Shown here piece after piece: positions 61,976 to 64,000 of a stretch of 64,000 nt of DNA. The notes below the pieces were generated by a model, which ran no database searches, had not been told where the DNA came from, and worked only from the letters and a program-made list of their open reading frames with translations. How positions within the stretch are numbered: the stretch's first letter is position 1; every line of letters begins with the position of its first letter. The position numbers and the translations under genes are program-made. The stretch lies in the NCBI RefSeq assembly GCF_016432865.1, contig NC_067402.1:10540001-10604000 (forward strand), given 5' to 3'. The stretch is from Antechinus flavipes. Its lineage: Eukaryota.

Positions 61976-62037
61976 CTTCCTTGTGACCTCTCCTTTTTCT
62001 GATGCTGAACAGAACTTGAAGGATCAACGAAGGAGGC
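61976..62037 (-). ncRNA. Candidate exon (62 nt)
   Basis: Acceptor 'cttttctctcttcccttgctcag|G', donor 'GGAAG|gtatga'. Confidence 0.42.
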
Positions 62038-62511
62038 CTGAGCAAGGGAAGAGAGAAAAGTGGAGATGACATTGCCCCTTAACAATTCTTGTTAATGGGA
62101 GAAACATTGTCAACAGTAGCACTGGCAGTGGTCAAGGATTATTCACTCAGGTCTTTTCTTTGAGGCCACTCTAAGGTCAAAGGAATGATTTTAACTGCCT
62201 TTCTTTGCTACAGAGAAGTGAATAGAGATTAAAAGAACATATCACAGATGGCTCTAGACTATTTTATAAAGACATGAAAATCTAAATTATCTCAGAAATG
62301 TCTAAATTAGGAGATGGTCAGTTATTGTCTGAGTGTTTAAAGTTCAACATTACTATACTTTTATTTTTTTTAATATAAAATGTAGTATAATAGTATGAAT
62401 ATCCACATCTCACTTTAGAATTTGAAAAACACTTTTCTTAAAAGAAACCGTATATTGGCCTTGGAGTCAGATGAAACTTGGGCTTAAATGTGTCTAGATA
62501 GATAGATAGAT

Positions 62512-62547
<36 letters not shown>

Positions 62548-62639
62548 AAGAGAGATCCTGGGTATATGACCACCAGAAAGTGACTTCACCTCTCTAGGTG
62601 TTAGGTTTCTCATCTATGAAAGAAACTTCCCAGCTTACA

Positions 62640-64000
62640 ACAAAAAAACTCCAATAAGATTGTAGTTTCAAGCAAGTCAAGGAAGCCAGGAGATAGATAT
62701 GATAAGAGAGAATTGCAGGCATAAGGGAAAGTGAGTGAAAATGCACAGTTGGTAAATGGAGTATTTTATTTGAAAAACAGGAAGGAGATTATATCTCTGA
62801 ACTGAAGATGAGGAAGGGATGCGGAAATTCTAAGAAAACTGGGAAGGTAGAAGGGGGTCAGATTATAAGGGGATTTGAATGTCAAATAAAGGGTTTTATT
62901 TTTGATCCTGGAATGAAAGAAGGAATATTAGAATTTATTGAGTAAATGGGTGATATGGTCTTCTTTGTATTTTAGGAAAATAAAATTAACTGGTGAGTGG
63001 AGGAGAAATTGGAATGAAGAAGTCTGAGCTATAGAGACTAGCCAGGAAGCCTTTGTAATAGCCCAGGTGTAAAATGTCAAGGGACTTCAGAGGAGTGGTG
63101 GCAAGGGATGCATGGGAGAACTGGTATCAAGGTAAAATTGAAAAGTTTTGGCAAAAGATTGGATATGTGGGAGTGAAGCCTTCAATATCACACCTAGCTG
63201 GAGAAATGTTCTCATCAGGAATAGGAAGTTTACAAAAGGAGAGAATTGTTGGAGAAGATAATGAACTTAGTTTGGGACCTACTGAGTTTAAGACTTGTTG
63301 GACAGAAGAAGAGATGGTGTAAGAGGCAGCAAGTATTTATACAGTTTCTACTATATGCCAGGCATTGTGCTAAGTGCTTTCCAAATAGTATTTCATCCAT
63401 CCTGAAATCAATCCTTCAAGGTAGGTGCCATTATTATCTCCATTTTATAATTGGGTAACTGAAGCAAACAAAGTTTGTGACTTGTCTAGGGTCAGAGGGC
63501 AAGTAATTATCTTAGGCTGCATTTGGACTTAGGCCTCTTCCCTACTCTAGGACTAAGATTTTATTCTAAGGTTCCATATAGATGTCAAGGCAAGCTAGGG
63601 ACATCCAATTCAAGTTTCACAATAAGCACTAGGAACTATAAGACTCGAGATTAAGGGAAAGTTATGGGTTGAATAATGAGTTTTGAATGTCAGAATTATC
63701 AGCATGGTGATCATAATTGAATAGAGGCTGGTGAGATCATCAAGTAAAATGCCATCAAGAACAAAGAGGATCAAGAGCACAGCCCTGTCTGTGGGACATC
63801 CATGCTAAGCATGAGTAATCTGAAAAAAGACTGAAAAGGAAAGAGTCGGGAGAGCGCAATGTCACAGAAATGTAGAGAAAGTGAGTATCTAGGAGAGAGT
63901 TACAGTTCACAGTGTCAAAATCTGCAGAGAAGTTAATAAAAATGAGGACTGAGAAAAGACCATCGGGTTAGCAATTAAAAGCTCATTGGTCAACTCAGAG
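62640..64000 (-). mobile_element. L2 LINE fragment interrupted by a MIR (~63330-63560)
   Basis: 'tggatatgtgggagtgaag...tgagtttaagac...aagtttcacaataagcactagg...catggtgatcataattgaa...gagcacagccctg...gcaatgtcacagaaa...atgaggactgagaaaagaccat'. Confidence 0.75.

Noticed and set aside
1-64000. tRNA, rRNA, snRNA genes and CRISPR arrays
   Set aside because: None seen; the pol III A/B boxes present belong to SINEs.

Overview
AT-rich, CpG-depleted vertebrate genomic DNA, almost certainly from a marsupial and probably an Australian, dasyurid-like one. The evidence is WSINE1-type SINEs, Mar1 CORE-SINEs, marsupial L1/HAL1 and RTE elements. About half or more of the window is transposon debris: L1, HAL1, L2, L3/CR1, RTE, MIR/Mar1/WSINE1, ERV solo LTRs, hAT MITEs and a Tc1-like remnant. 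There are also microsatellites and three N-gaps. I could not identify any intact protein-coding gene; the ORF-track entries are repeat-derived, low-complexity or unrecognisable. The best leads are: (i) a ~1.1 kb decayed chimera of spliced YBX3-like mRNA (N-terminus plus start of the cold-shock domain) fused in the same sense to an L2 3' tail; (ii) three same-strand candidate exons with good splice sites (61976-62037, 56551-56693, 52461-52566, minus strand), suggesting an unannotated lncRNA or long 5' UTR, with a NAGNAG acceptor that switches between ATG-TAG and an open frame; (iii) a 114-bp, ~95% identical internal duplication inside an old HAL1; and (iv) several CpG-retaining, motif-dense patches that look like enhancers. 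Repeat family names come from remembered consensus features, and most repeat boundaries are approximate.
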